DNA of 64,000 nucleotides from an uncultured Acidobacteriota bacterium. GTDB lineage: Bacteria; Acidobacteriota; Thermoanaerobaculia; Gp7-AA8. Of the stretch, positions 32,710 to 44,094 are shown piece by piece. Both the position numbers and the translations under genes were made by a program. Each line of letters opens with the position of its first letter. Position 1 is the stretch's first letter. The stretch covers positions 1,184,001 through 1,248,000 of the forward strand of contig CAWGHO010000001.1 of the NCBI GenBank assembly GCA_963822445.1, in the 5' to 3' direction. The notes beneath the pieces were generated by a model. The model saw only the letters and a list, made by a program, of their open reading frames with translations, was not told where the DNA came from and made no database searches.

Positions 32710-34155
32710 ATGTCCGCGGTGCTCGCCCTCGACGCCGGAACCACCAGTTCCCGCGCGCTCGTCTTCGATGAGCGCGGCGGGATCCTCGCGGTCGCACAGC
32801 GGGAGTTCCGGCAGCTCTATCCGCAACCTGGGTGGGTCGAGCACGATGCCGAGGAGATCTGGCGGACGCAGATCGAGGTGGCGGCGGAGGCTGTCGCCGC
32901 GTCAGGCGTGGACATCGGCTCGATCGGGATCACCAACCAGCGCGAGACGACGGTGTTGTGGGATCGCGAGACCGGGAAACCGGTCGCGAACGCGATCGTC
33001 TGGCAGGACCGGCGAACCGCGGAGATGTGCGACGCACTGCGAAGCACGGGGCACGAGGAGCTGATCCGCGCGCGCACCGGATTGGTCATCGACGCGTACT
33101 TCTCCGGCACGAAGCTGCGCTGGCTGCTCGACCGAACTACGGCCGATGTGTCGCGCCTCGCTTTCGGAACGATCGACTCCTGGCTGGTCTGGAACCTGAC
33201 TCGCGGTGCGGCGCATGTCACCGACGTGACCAACGCCTCGCGCACGATGCTGTTCGACATTCATCGCGCGGCCTGGGACGACGAGCTGTTGTCGATCATC
33301 GGCATCCCGCGATCGGTGCTGCCCGAGGTGCGCTCGTCGAGCGGGATGTTCGCGCGGACCGCGGAGGGTCTACCGATTCCGGCCGGCATCCCCATCGCCG
33401 GAATCGCGGGCGATCAACAGGCCGCGCTCTTCGGCCAGCGCTGCACGCGCGCGGGTATGGCCAAGAACACGTACGGAACGGGATCGTTCGTGGTGATGAA
33501 CACCGGCGCGAAACCGGCGATCTCCTCACACGCGCTCCTGACAACGATCGCCTGGCGCCTCGGCAATGAGCCGATGCACTACGCGCTCGAAGGCAGCATC
33601 TTCGTCACCGGCGCGGCCGTGCAGTGGCTGCGCGATCAGTTGCACATCATCAAAACCGCGTGTGATGTCGAAGCGCTGGCCGCGTCAGTCCCCGACACCG
33701 GCGGCGTGGTCGTCGTTCCCGCGTTCACCGGCCTCGGCACACCACACTGGGACCCCTACGCCCGCGGCGCAATCCTCGGCCTGACGCGCGGTTCCTCCGC
33801 CGCGCACATCGCGCGGGCCACGCTGGAGTCGATCGCGCTGCAGACCGCGGACGTCCTGCAGGCGATGCGCGACGACTCCGGAATCGAGCTGACCGAGATG
33901 CGGGTCGACGGCGGCGCGTCGACGAACGATCTGTTGATGCAGATGCAGGCCGATCTCGCCGGCATCCCAGTCGTACGTACGCGCAATCCGGAAGTGACGG
34001 CGCTGGGTGCCGCGTATCTGGCCGGGCTCCCTGCGCCTGACCTGCAGGCCACGCCCGATCGCGTGTTCGAGCCGCGCATGAGCAGCGCGGAACGCGAGGA
34101 GAAGATCGTCGTGTGGCGAAGGGCGGTGGAGCGCACGAAGGGTTGGGCGTCGTAG
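32710..34155 (+). CDS. glpK: Glycerol kinase
   Basis: [48 protein letters not shown] and KNTYGTGSF. Confidence 0.96.
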   Translation: MSAVLALDAGTTSSRALVFDERGGILAVAQREFRQLYPQPGWVEHDAEEIWRTQIEVAAEAVAASGVDIGSIGITNQRETTVLWDRETGKPVANAIVWQDRRTAEMCDALRSTGHEELIRARTGLVIDAYFSGTKLRWLLDRTTADVSRLAFGTIDSWLVWNLTRGAAHVTDVTNASRTMLFDIHRAAWDDELLSIIGIPRSVLPEVRSSSGMFARTAEGLPIPAGIPIAGIAGDQQAALFGQRCTRAGMAKNTYGTGSFVVMNTGAKPAISSHALLTTIAWRLGNEPMHYALEGSIFVTGAAVQWLRDQLHIIKTACDVEALAASVPDTGGVVVVPAFTGLGTPHWDPYARGAILGLTRGSSAAHIARATLESIALQTADVLQAMRDDSGIELTEMRVDGGASTNDLLMQMQADLAGIPVVRTRNPEVTALGAAYLAGLPAPDLQATPDRVFEPRMSSAEREEKIVVWRRAVERTKGWAS

Positions 34156-34167
34156 TACCCTCGTTTC

Positions 34168-35745
34168 ATTCGAAAACCACTGCTTTCCCTCCTGTTCTGC
34201 TTCGTCGCGTGGAGTGCCGCGGCCGACGTCATCTTCGCGGTCGTCCCTTCCGTCGGCCGGCCTGAAGGCGGCGAGCGCGTGCGCATCATCGGCACAGGTC
34301 TTCGGGGCCCGGTCCGCGTCCTCTTCGACGTCCGCCAACCGCTACCGGTCGAAGCATTCGTCATCGGGCGGACCGACACGGAAATCGAAATCCTCACGCC
34401 GTCCATCAATTTGCTGGTCGGGCAGCAGCTCGCAGCGACGATTCGCGTCGTCACCGCTGCGGGGACGAATTCTGAGCAACACCTGACGTTGCACGAGGGG
34501 TTCACCTTCCGCAGAGATATCCTCACGCCGCGGATCGTCACGCTCGCTCCCAACTCGGGATCTGTTGTGGGCGGGTTGCGTGTGACGATTTTCGGCGACG
34601 GCTTCCAGGCGCCGGTGCAGGTCATGGTGTTCACCGACGATGCTCCGCTCGGCGCCGAGGCGCGCGTCATGAACGTGCAGTTCGACCAGATCGTGATCGA
34701 GATGCCCTCGGCAAACGACGCGCGCGCCGTCGCAGGCCAACCGATCCACGTCCGCGTGCGGAACATCAACTCGGGCACGGACGCGGTGCTGCGCAACGCG
34801 TTCGTTTACCGGCCGCCCATCGAGATCACGTCCATCTCCCCCACCATCGGTCCGGCTGACGGCGGAACGGAGCTGCACATCACCGGCATCGGCTTCGAGA
34901 ATCCGTCGATCGTGCTCGTGGGCAACATTCCCGCGCTGGTGTTGCGCATCTCCCCGACGCTGATCGTCGCGAGAACGGGGCGTCTGGAAACGACGACCTG
35001 CAGCGACATGACCGCGGCGGTGCGGGTCATCGACATCAACAAGGGCTACTTCGCCGACGGACCTCCGTTCACGTATTCCGTGAGCAGGCCGGTCATCCTC
35101 GACGTTGCGCCACGGATCGCCGAGGTCGGCACGATGGTGGAAGTCGACCTGGTGAATGCCAACGGCATGAACGCGATGGTGAGCCTGGGCGGCGAAACCT
35201 TTTCCGCGCCGATCTCCGGCTCGAAACTGAACTTCTTCGTCCCTGCTTCACTGCCCTTCCACCAGACGCCCTGCACGCTCGAAGGAATCGACGGAACCGG
35301 CCCGGCAGCCTTCGTCGCCGATCTGACCATCACCGATGCCGCGGGATGCACGATCGTCGAACCGTCCGCCATCACGGTGCTGCCCGCGGCTCACACGCTC
35401 TGCACGATTCCGCCCTCCGCCCAAGTGATCGCACCGGACGAAGGACACTGCCTCCGCTTCGGACGAAACAAACCGCGAACGCGAACGATCTCCATCCTTA
35501 ATCGCGACCTCCCCGGCCGCTCGCCTCTGTACGTGACCGGCATGTCCCTCACCGGCCCGGCCGCCGCGGAGTTCGTGCTCGTACGCACATCACCGAATGC
35601 CTTTGCCGAACCCGGCGAGACGATCGACTTCGACGTGACGTTCACAGGCGAGGTAGAAGGCTACCGCGCCGCCAGAGCGACGTTTCACACGAACGATCCG
35701 GAGAGGCCGGTGGTCTCTGTGTGTTTGAGTGGGTTTAGGTACTAG
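34168..35745 (+). CDS. Secreted IPT/TIG-domain protein (start uncertain)
   Basis: Repeated P..G...GG..V.I.G.GF IPT units. An in-frame signal peptide IRKPLLSLLFCFVAWSAAA lies upstream of the track's start (34279) but begins at ATT (34168), not ATG. Confidence 0.75.
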   Translation: MRKPLLSLLFCFVAWSAAADVIFAVVPSVGRPEGGERVRIIGTGLRGPVRVLFDVRQPLPVEAFVIGRTDTEIEILTPSINLLVGQQLAATIRVVTAAGTNSEQHLTLHEGFTFRRDILTPRIVTLAPNSGSVVGGLRVTIFGDGFQAPVQVMVFTDDAPLGAEARVMNVQFDQIVIEMPSANDARAVAGQPIHVRVRNINSGTDAVLRNAFVYRPPIEITSISPTIGPADGGTELHITGIGFENPSIVLVGNIPALVLRISPTLIVARTGRLETTTCSDMTAAVRVIDINKGYFADGPPFTYSVSRPVILDVAPRIAEVGTMVEVDLVNANGMNAMVSLGGETFSAPISGSKLNFFVPASLPFHQTPCTLEGIDGTGPAAFVADLTITDAAGCTIVEPSAITVLPAAHTLCTIPPSAQVIAPDEGHCLRFGRNKPRTRTISILNRDLPGRSPLYVTGMSLTGPAAAEFVLVRTSPNAFAEPGETIDFDVTFTGEVEGYRAARATFHTNDPERPVVSVCLSGFRY

Positions 35746-35831
35746 TTGCGGGGTTGCGGGGTTTCGGGGTTACGAGGGAGTCACCCCACTGCTAACCCCG
35801 TAACCTCGTGACCCCGAAACCCCGTCACCCC
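35745..35831. repeat. Inverted arrays of octamer repeats (GTTNCGGG / CCCGNAAC)
   Basis: GTTGCGGG GTTGCGGG GTTTCGGG GTTACGAG, then AACCCCG TAACCTCG TGACCCCG AAACCCCG TCACCCC. Confidence 0.8.
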
Positions 35832-35864
35832 TGCTACCATCACCAAACACAGAGAGGACAATTC

Positions 35865-37987
<2,123 letters not shown>

Positions 37988-37991
<4 letters not shown>

Positions 37992-39499
37992 CGAACCGTC
38001 ACGCCGGCGCTGAACTCGGTGATGTACATGTCGGGCGCGTCGAGAAACTCGGCTGAGCTGACGAGCGCGGTCACGATCTGCCCGCGCAGGTCTTCGCGGA
38101 TCTCCACCGCGAATGAAAAGTTGTCGCCCGTGGGCAGGCCCGAAGCTGACACATACCGCTGCCCCTCTGCATTTCCGCTCGGATTCAAGGCGGGCGAAAC
38201 GTAAATCCAGACGGACCTCTTCGGCCCAGTCACGCTTCGCGGCGGAAAGGTTCCCCTCACAACGGTCACGGCCCTTTGCGCATCGTAGTAAGCGTCGGTG
38301 ATCGTGGGCCGCGGACGGATCCGCGGATCGGTGTCGGACGACGGACCATCGAGACCCCAATCGATGCCTGTGATTCCGTTCGAATGCATCGAACCGGTGA
38401 ATGACGCGTTTCTGAGATGGGTCGCCAGGGCCAGGCCGAATTCACCGTTGTGCGCGATCTCCGTCGAGCTCACCAGCATGGCGCCGAAGGCCGCGAACAC
38501 GCCGCTCGCTCCGTTGCCGAGGACCTTCGATGACGACAGGTGCGTAATGCCATTCCAGTGGAAGATGCCCGAGCGCCGATTGCCGCTGATCAGGCAATTC
38601 CGCACTTCGACGTAGCCGGCCTCGCGGAACACGCCGACACCGCGCGTATTCGGCCGCGCGATTTTCCCGGTGATGTCCGTGCCGAGGAAGAGGCCGGTCA
38701 GGTGCACGTTCGGACCGCGGTCGCGAATGAGCACCGCGTAATCGGGGAAGTCGTTGATGGCCAGGTCTTCCAGATGCCACGCGCCGAAACACTTCGTGGC
38801 GCCGAACTCGAAGCCGCTGCCGGTGGTGAGCCTGCGTCCGGTGATCTCGAGGCGGCGGTCGCCGGTGATCTGCGCATTCGCGCGCATCTCCACGTTGCAA
38901 CTGGTGATGACCGGGAGAGGCGTCAGCAGCTCGATGGTCGAATACTGCGGAAGGTCGAAGAGGATCCTGCAGGTGCTGTTGTCGCCGCAGTGTTCGTTGC
39001 TCTCGGTGATGACCGTTCGCAGCGTGTCCGGTCCTGAATCGGCGGTCGACCGGACGATGTAGGTCCCGAACGTCGTCGCCCGAACCTGGGCCGTGGCCTG
39101 GCTGAACGTCTTCGGCGGCTCCACCGTCGCTGTTGCCACGGCCGAGAAGTGCATGCCCCGTTGATCGGACGGGAGCTCGATGCTGATCTTCACTCCCTGA
39201 GCAGTCGACGTCACGGGAAGGGACGCGCGCGTGCAACGAACGTCGTTCGCTCCCAGGACGCACTGCCACTCGTCGCTTTCCGGCGCGATGGAGACGCGTC
39301 CGGGCGGCACAGGGATGCGCATGGCCACGTTCCTCCCCGGCTCGCCGCCGGTGTTCCGGATGACCGCGCGATACGTGATGGTCGTACCGGGCGAGACCGG
39401 CCCGCCGGGAGTGATGTCGACGAAGAAGTAGAGGTCGTCGACGGCCAGCGCGGAAAACGTGAGGAGGGAGGACAGAAGGACGAGGAGGACCCGGGACAT
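37988..39499 (-). CDS. Secreted protein with DUF11-like Ig domain and parallel beta-helix repeats
   Basis: Signal peptide; PGTTITY...IRNTG; V.STADSGP.TLR..I; ISGN..SGI and GNGASGV repeats. Confidence 0.7.
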
Positions 39500-39518
39500 G
39501 ACACTGATAATACGGTTC

Positions 39519-40439
39519 ATGCTCGATCAACATCGCTGGCTTCTCTCCGATCGCGTCCGGACGCTCGCTTTCCGGGACGCGATCCACCAGCTGGTCAAGC
39601 CCGGCGACGTCGTAGTCGACCTGGGCAGCGGCTCGGGAATCCTCGCCTTCTTCGCGGCTGAGGCTGGTGCGGCGCGGGTTTACGCGATCGAGAAGCAGCA
39701 CATCGCCGACGTGGCTTCGCTGGTCGCGCGGCACAACCGTTATCACGACCGGGTCGTCCTCCTGCACGAGTACTCCCTGAAAACGACAGTGCCCGAGCGG
39801 GCGAATGTCCTCATCACCGAGACCCTCGGCAACTTCGGTCTCGACGAGCAGATCGCCGGACTGACCATCGACGCGCGCGAGCGCTACCTGATGCCGGACG
39901 CGATCCTCATTCCCCAGCGCGTCGTGCTGTCCGCGGTTCCGGTCGAGCTTCTGGAGATGTTCGAGCGGCACATCGAGTGGTGGGGTGAATCGCGTTACGG
40001 CGTCGATCTCAAACCGCTGCGCACCTTCGCGTCGAACACGGTTTACGCCGCCGACGTCTCCGAGCGGGCGCATCTCGCCGCGCCGGCGACGATGGTCGAC
40101 ATCGATCTCCGAACGATAGAGACGTCCGATGCCGCTGGAAAGGCTGTCTTCATCGCGACCCGCGACGGCGTGCTGCACGGATTTGCAGGCTGGTTTGCCG
40201 CCACGATCGCGCCGGGCATCGTCATCTCCAATCCCGCTCCGCACGACACGCACTGGCAGCAGGCTTTCCTGCCGGTCGAACATCCCGTCGAAATCAAACG
40301 CGGCGACCAGATCGAGCTCGAGTTGCAGACGCACGACGGGCGGGCCTGGCGGTGGCGCGGGCGCGCCGCGGAGCAGGAGTTCGATCAGACCACCTGGCTC
40401 TCCGCGCCTCCGTGCACCCTTCTCGGCGCGCGGGACTAG
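39519..40439 (+). CDS. PRMT-like (protein arginine methyltransferase fold) SAM-dependent methyltransferase
   Basis: VVDLGSGSGIL motif I, VYAIE, double-E loop ITETLGNFGLDE, LHGFAGWF and THW loop (DTHWQQ). Confidence 0.8.
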   Translation: MLDQHRWLLSDRVRTLAFRDAIHQLVKPGDVVVDLGSGSGILAFFAAEAGAARVYAIEKQHIADVASLVARHNRYHDRVVLLHEYSLKTTVPERANVLITETLGNFGLDEQIAGLTIDARERYLMPDAILIPQRVVLSAVPVELLEMFERHIEWWGESRYGVDLKPLRTFASNTVYAADVSERAHLAAPATMVDIDLRTIETSDAAGKAVFIATRDGVLHGFAGWFAATIAPGIVISNPAPHDTHWQQAFLPVEHPVEIKRGDQIELELQTHDGRAWRWRGRAAEQEFDQTTWLSAPPCTLLGARD

Positions 40440-40449
40440 AATTCGCGGC

Positions 40450-41577
40450 ATGTACAGGGCCGCACTGCTTTTCGTCCTTCTCCTTCCCACGTTTGCATTC
40501 GCCCAGGGCCGCCGCGATGGCGACTGGCGTGAGTTTCCCGCGCAGAAAGGGTGCGTCGGCGGCAGCCGCTGCGCCGACAAGCGCTTCCGCATCGCGCTCG
40601 ATGACAGGCCGGTCATCGCCGTGCGATTCAGAGCGCATGATCAAATCGGCGAGACGGCCGGCGGCGTGTTGCGGGTGAAGATCGACGGCGACACGATCCG
40701 CGGCTACCTCGATATCCCCCGCGCCGGCGAGCTGTTCACGATCGACGTGGACGAGCTTCGCGGACGGCAGCTCGTGTTCGAGCCGGTCGCGAATGATGAA
40801 GTCGAGATCTCCGACATCGCGGTCATGTACAGCCGCGAGAATACGATCCGCCGCATCCCCGAGGCTCGTCGGGGCGGGCGGGGCGGCGGCGGACCGGGAT
40901 GGCGCTCGTATCCGAATGCCTCCGGTTGCATCGGCGGCGACGGCTGCCGCCAGAACGGCACCCGCATCACCATCCCTCTCGAAGAAGCCCCGGTCCTCGG
41001 CATCCGCTTTCACGCCCACGACAACGTCGGCAAACGCGCCGACGGCAAGCTGAGCGTGCGCATCGACGACACGACCATCGGCTGGTCGATCGACGTGCAG
41101 CGCAACGGCAAGCGCCATGACGTCGAGGTGGACAACGTCCGCGGCACGCGACTGGTGATCGAGACGGCGAACGACGACGAAGTCGAAGTCAGCGACGTCG
41201 AAGTGCTTTACGGCCGCCGCGGCGGAGTGGGCAGCAATGGCCCGCGCGAGATCGAGCACGAAGGCGGATGCATCGGCGGATCGGAATGCGGCGGCCGCCG
41301 CAATCGCATTCGCGTGGCCCTGCGCGATTACCCCGTCGAATCGATCCGCTTCTACGCCCGCGACGACGTCGGCACCAGGGCCGGCGGCGAGCTCCGCATC
41401 CGCATCGACGAGGAGATCCTCCGCGATTACCTCGACATCCCCCGCGAAGGCCGCACCTTCACCATCGACGGCAAAGGCCTGGTCGGCGAGTACCTGATCA
41501 TCGAGACGACCGAGGATGACGAAGTGGTGATCCGGGACATCAAGGTGAAGTTCGGGACGGGGGAGTACGACGATTAG
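40450..41577 (+). CDS. Secreted hypothetical protein with three tandem ~110-aa domains
   Basis: Signal peptide MYRAALLFVLLLPTFAFA; three copies of GC(V/I)GG..C...RF.A.D..G..A.G.L...ID...D(I/V).R.G...DEV. Confidence 0.8.
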   Translation: MYRAALLFVLLLPTFAFAQGRRDGDWREFPAQKGCVGGSRCADKRFRIALDDRPVIAVRFRAHDQIGETAGGVLRVKIDGDTIRGYLDIPRAGELFTIDVDELRGRQLVFEPVANDEVEISDIAVMYSRENTIRRIPEARRGGRGGGGPGWRSYPNASGCIGGDGCRQNGTRITIPLEEAPVLGIRFHAHDNVGKRADGKLSVRIDDTTIGWSIDVQRNGKRHDVEVDNVRGTRLVIETANDDEVEVSDVEVLYGRRGGVGSNGPREIEHEGGCIGGSECGGRRNRIRVALRDYPVESIRFYARDDVGTRAGGELRIRIDEEILRDYLDIPREGRTFTIDGKGLVGEYLIIETTEDDEVVIRDIKVKFGTGEYDD

Positions 41578-41888
41578 GGGCGCGGAGTTGATTGCGCGTA
41601 TCGCTACGGGCAATCCGGGTACGCGCCTGGATAAATCGCTTTTCCATTCTGGGGCGTGATCGCGTTCTGCAGGTAGGCGACTGAAGCGACAATTCCTTAG
41701 CCAGTTCAGATTGGCTTGAACACGCGCAATGATTGCAACCCCGCTCGCAAGAACCGCCTATACGTGCGACCAAAGGCGGTATGGCAGAGTGCCCATCCTG
41801 CTGCACCCGACCTTCGTAAGGCGCCGGTTTGGGCTGAGTCCCAAGGTGCACGCGTCGTACTTCAGAACAAACCGCACTTCTATACGCA

Positions 41889-41907
41889 GCCTAAATTCGA
41901 GTTATGC
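41889..41907 (+). other. attI-like recombination site
   Basis: GCCTAAA-TTCGA-GTTATGC resembles the attI1 simple site (CCCTAAA-ACAAA-GTTRRRY). GTTATGCCG is the exact complement of CGGCATAAC at 46515. Confidence 0.55.
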
Positions 41908-41948
41908 CGACGAACCGGAGAGTTAGCCAGACGTAAGATAAGCGACGC

Positions 41949-42569
41949 ATGAAATTGATTGCGATACTTGAATCATGGGTCATTCCCGACGGAAGTTACC
42001 CTCCATTCGCTGTCGGAATGCCGGTAAACCTGTCTTTCGAGATGGCAGTGCGACAGATCTCTATCAACGCCGCAGCTGAGGATTCGTTCGAATCGAATGG
42101 AGAGGGCGAGTACTCGTTTGCGGGCCGGGTTCTCGCAAAGTACAACGGTGGCGATCCGCTCGCGGTGGTCGAAGCAAGCGGGTTCCGCTTCTTCCTCGAA
42201 GGCACGCGCGCGCAGGAACTTCGCCCCGGTGAACGCGTTCAGGGACTAGGTTCTTTGGTGGTCGACTACTACATATGGGTCGAATACGTCAACGAACGTC
42301 GTGAGGCGCCGGACCTTTTCTACAACTTGGGCGTTCGCCGTATTCGGCGCGTCCAGATTCCGGATTCTCTCGTCAGCCGTCACGCCACAGGCAAGGCGCT
42401 TCCTGCCCGAGTCGCGCCATCGGAGTTCGGCGCAATCACCGAGTTGCAGACAATGGTCGGACAGGAATTTGACGAAGAGTTCTATCTCCTCGACCTAGAA
42501 ACGACCGATCTAGCAGTGCCGCGGACTTTCTCGGGTGAGCCCCGCGAGTTCCGCCTTGAACGCAGGTGA
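41949..42569 (+). CDS. Hypothetical protein (cassette gene)
   Basis: 206-aa ORF starting 27 nt after GTTAGCC (41922); no recognised motif. Confidence 0.75.
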   Translation: MKLIAILESWVIPDGSYPPFAVGMPVNLSFEMAVRQISINAAAEDSFESNGEGEYSFAGRVLAKYNGGDPLAVVEASGFRFFLEGTRAQELRPGERVQGLGSLVVDYYIWVEYVNERREAPDLFYNLGVRRIRRVQIPDSLVSRHATGKALPARVAPSEFGAITELQTMVGQEFDEEFYLLDLETTDLAVPRTFSGEPREFRLERR

Positions 42570-42624
42570 TCACGGATGAGCGTACTTGTGCGAAAATGCG
42601 TAATGCCAGCTGAGGTTCACACTG

Positions 42625-43002
42625 TTGGATTCCGCCGAGATTGAACGAGCTGTTTGGGTTGCGACAGGCGTCGCGGCAATCACCGCGGCTCTGCTCACAG
42701 TCGTTGTGTATTACCTTCAACAACTTACCGTCGCCACCACCGGCATGCGCGTGCTTGGCAGCGTTGCCGCTTTGCTTCTGTCGTTCGGCGTCTACATCTT
42801 TGCGGCAGTCGTATTTTCTATCGTCATAAACGCACAGTTGCGGCAGACGAGTTCCGAGGGAGCGTTGAGCGTGCCTTGGTCAACTGTCTTCATTCACCCA
42901 GGGCCCTTGCACAAACTGGCACCCCTCTTCGCAATAGCTGCAACTTGGGCAACTCTTGCTTTCGTCGCTAGGCGACACCGTTCGCGAGAAATCGCTGGCT
43001 AA
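42625..43002 (+). CDS. Hypothetical membrane protein (cassette gene)
   Basis: Three hydrophobic segments; stop TAA lies inside the attC R'' box GGCTAAC. Start uncertain (TTG). Confidence 0.6.
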   Translation: MDSAEIERAVWVATGVAAITAALLTVVVYYLQQLTVATTGMRVLGSVAALLLSFGVYIFAAVVFSIVINAQLRQTSSEGALSVPWSTVFIHPGPLHKLAPLFAIAATWATLAFVARRHRSREIAG

Positions 43003-43934
43003 CTGTTGCGTCTCAGGACGTTGTTCCGATCCAGGCGACTGATGGGTGGATTGTAAGAGAGCGCGGTATGCGCTCGGTGGTAGTTGTAGAAGTGAAGGTA
43101 CGGTGCGAGCCAACGGCGCCGTTCCTCGGAGCTGTGGTACGAGAACCGATAGGCCCATTCGCGCAGCAGCGTCTGGATGAACCGCTCCGCTTTACCGTTC
43201 GTCCGTGGTGTGTACGGCCGGATGCGGACGTGAGTGAGGTTCAGGCGGCTGCAGGTATCCCGGAAGTCGCGTGAGATGAAGGCCGATCCGTTGTCGGTCA
43301 TCACCCGCTCGACGATGACATTCCGCTGAGCGAACCACGCCACCGCCCGAGTCAAAAACGAGCTGGCAGTCTCGCTACGCTCATCTGCCAGGACGTCGAC
43401 GTAGGAGAGTCGGGTGAAGTCATCCGTCGCGACGTACACGAACTCGAAGCCCTGCTTCTTTGAGCCAAACGATCGACGCCTGGTGATGCGGTGTCCCACT
43501 CGATTGAACCGTCCCAGGCGCTTGATGTCGATGTGCACCAGTTCCCCCGGACGCTCCTTCTCGTACCGAATTGGCACTGTTGCCGGCTCAAGCTGACGCA
43601 ACCGAGCCAGCCCTGCTGACCGGCAGATCCGCGCTGCTGTCGACGCACTCACGCCCACTGCCTGCGCGATCTGTCGCACAGTCCGCCATTCGCGGCGAAG
43701 ACTCAGAACACGCTGTCGTTTTATGTCGCTCGTGGCCCGGCCCCTGTGCGGTCTGGAGCTCCGATCGTTAAGCGGCTCGACCCTCAGACCACGACGGATC
43801 CACTCCCGCCCTCGCCGGTCACTCATACCGGCGGCCTCCGACGCCTCGCGCACCGACCATCCTTGTTCGCAGACTCGCTTGACCAGCAGTGCTCGACTCA
43901 ACGGGCAGCTTCGCGCATTCTTGTGCACGTCCAT
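42999..43934 (-). CDS. IS481-family transposase
   Basis: MDVHKNAR, YEKERPGELVHIDIK, VMTDNGSAF and RPYTPRTNGKAERFIQTLLREWAY (DDE integrase core). Confidence 0.95.
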   Translation of the reverse strand: MDVHKNARSCPLSRALLVKRVCEQGWSVREASEAAGMSDRRGREWIRRGLRVEPLNDRSSRPHRGRATSDIKRQRVLSLRREWRTVRQIAQAVGVSASTAARICRSAGLARLRQLEPATVPIRYEKERPGELVHIDIKRLGRFNRVGHRITRRRSFGSKKQGFEFVYVATDDFTRLSYVDVLADERSETASSFLTRAVAWFAQRNVIVERVMTDNGSAFISRDFRDTCSRLNLTHVRIRPYTPRTNGKAERFIQTLLREWAYRFSYHSSEERRRWLAPYLHFYNYHRAHTALSYNPPISRLDRNNVLRRNS

Positions 43935-44037
43935 CTGGGTTCCTTCCTGTCAACCTGTTCGTTTGAGAGCTTTCAGATTGACGAAAGTCGCCCGGATGGA
44001 CAACCCGCTTCAAGGAACAACGTCCTGACACATCACA
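43004..44037 (-). mobile_element. IS481-family insertion sequence (1034 bp)
   Basis: TGT...ACA ends; 24-bp IRs with 20/24 identity; 6-bp target duplication GCTAAC (42998-43003, 44038-44043). Confidence 0.93.
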
Positions 44038-44094
44038 GCTAACTACTGCCAGGAGCTGTCGGCGGGCCGTTCGCCGCGCCCGGCGGCCGAGCCG

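Noticed and set aside
32710-35745. glpK-IPT fusion by amber read-through
   Set aside because: Although in frame, the downstream ORF has its own signal peptide and -10-like box; no recoding machinery is visible in the window.
41578-41888. Possible integron integrase remnant upstream of the attI-like site
   Set aside because: Only about 310 bp, and I found no IntI or tyrosine-recombinase motifs in the ORFs there. No convincing Pc could be assigned.
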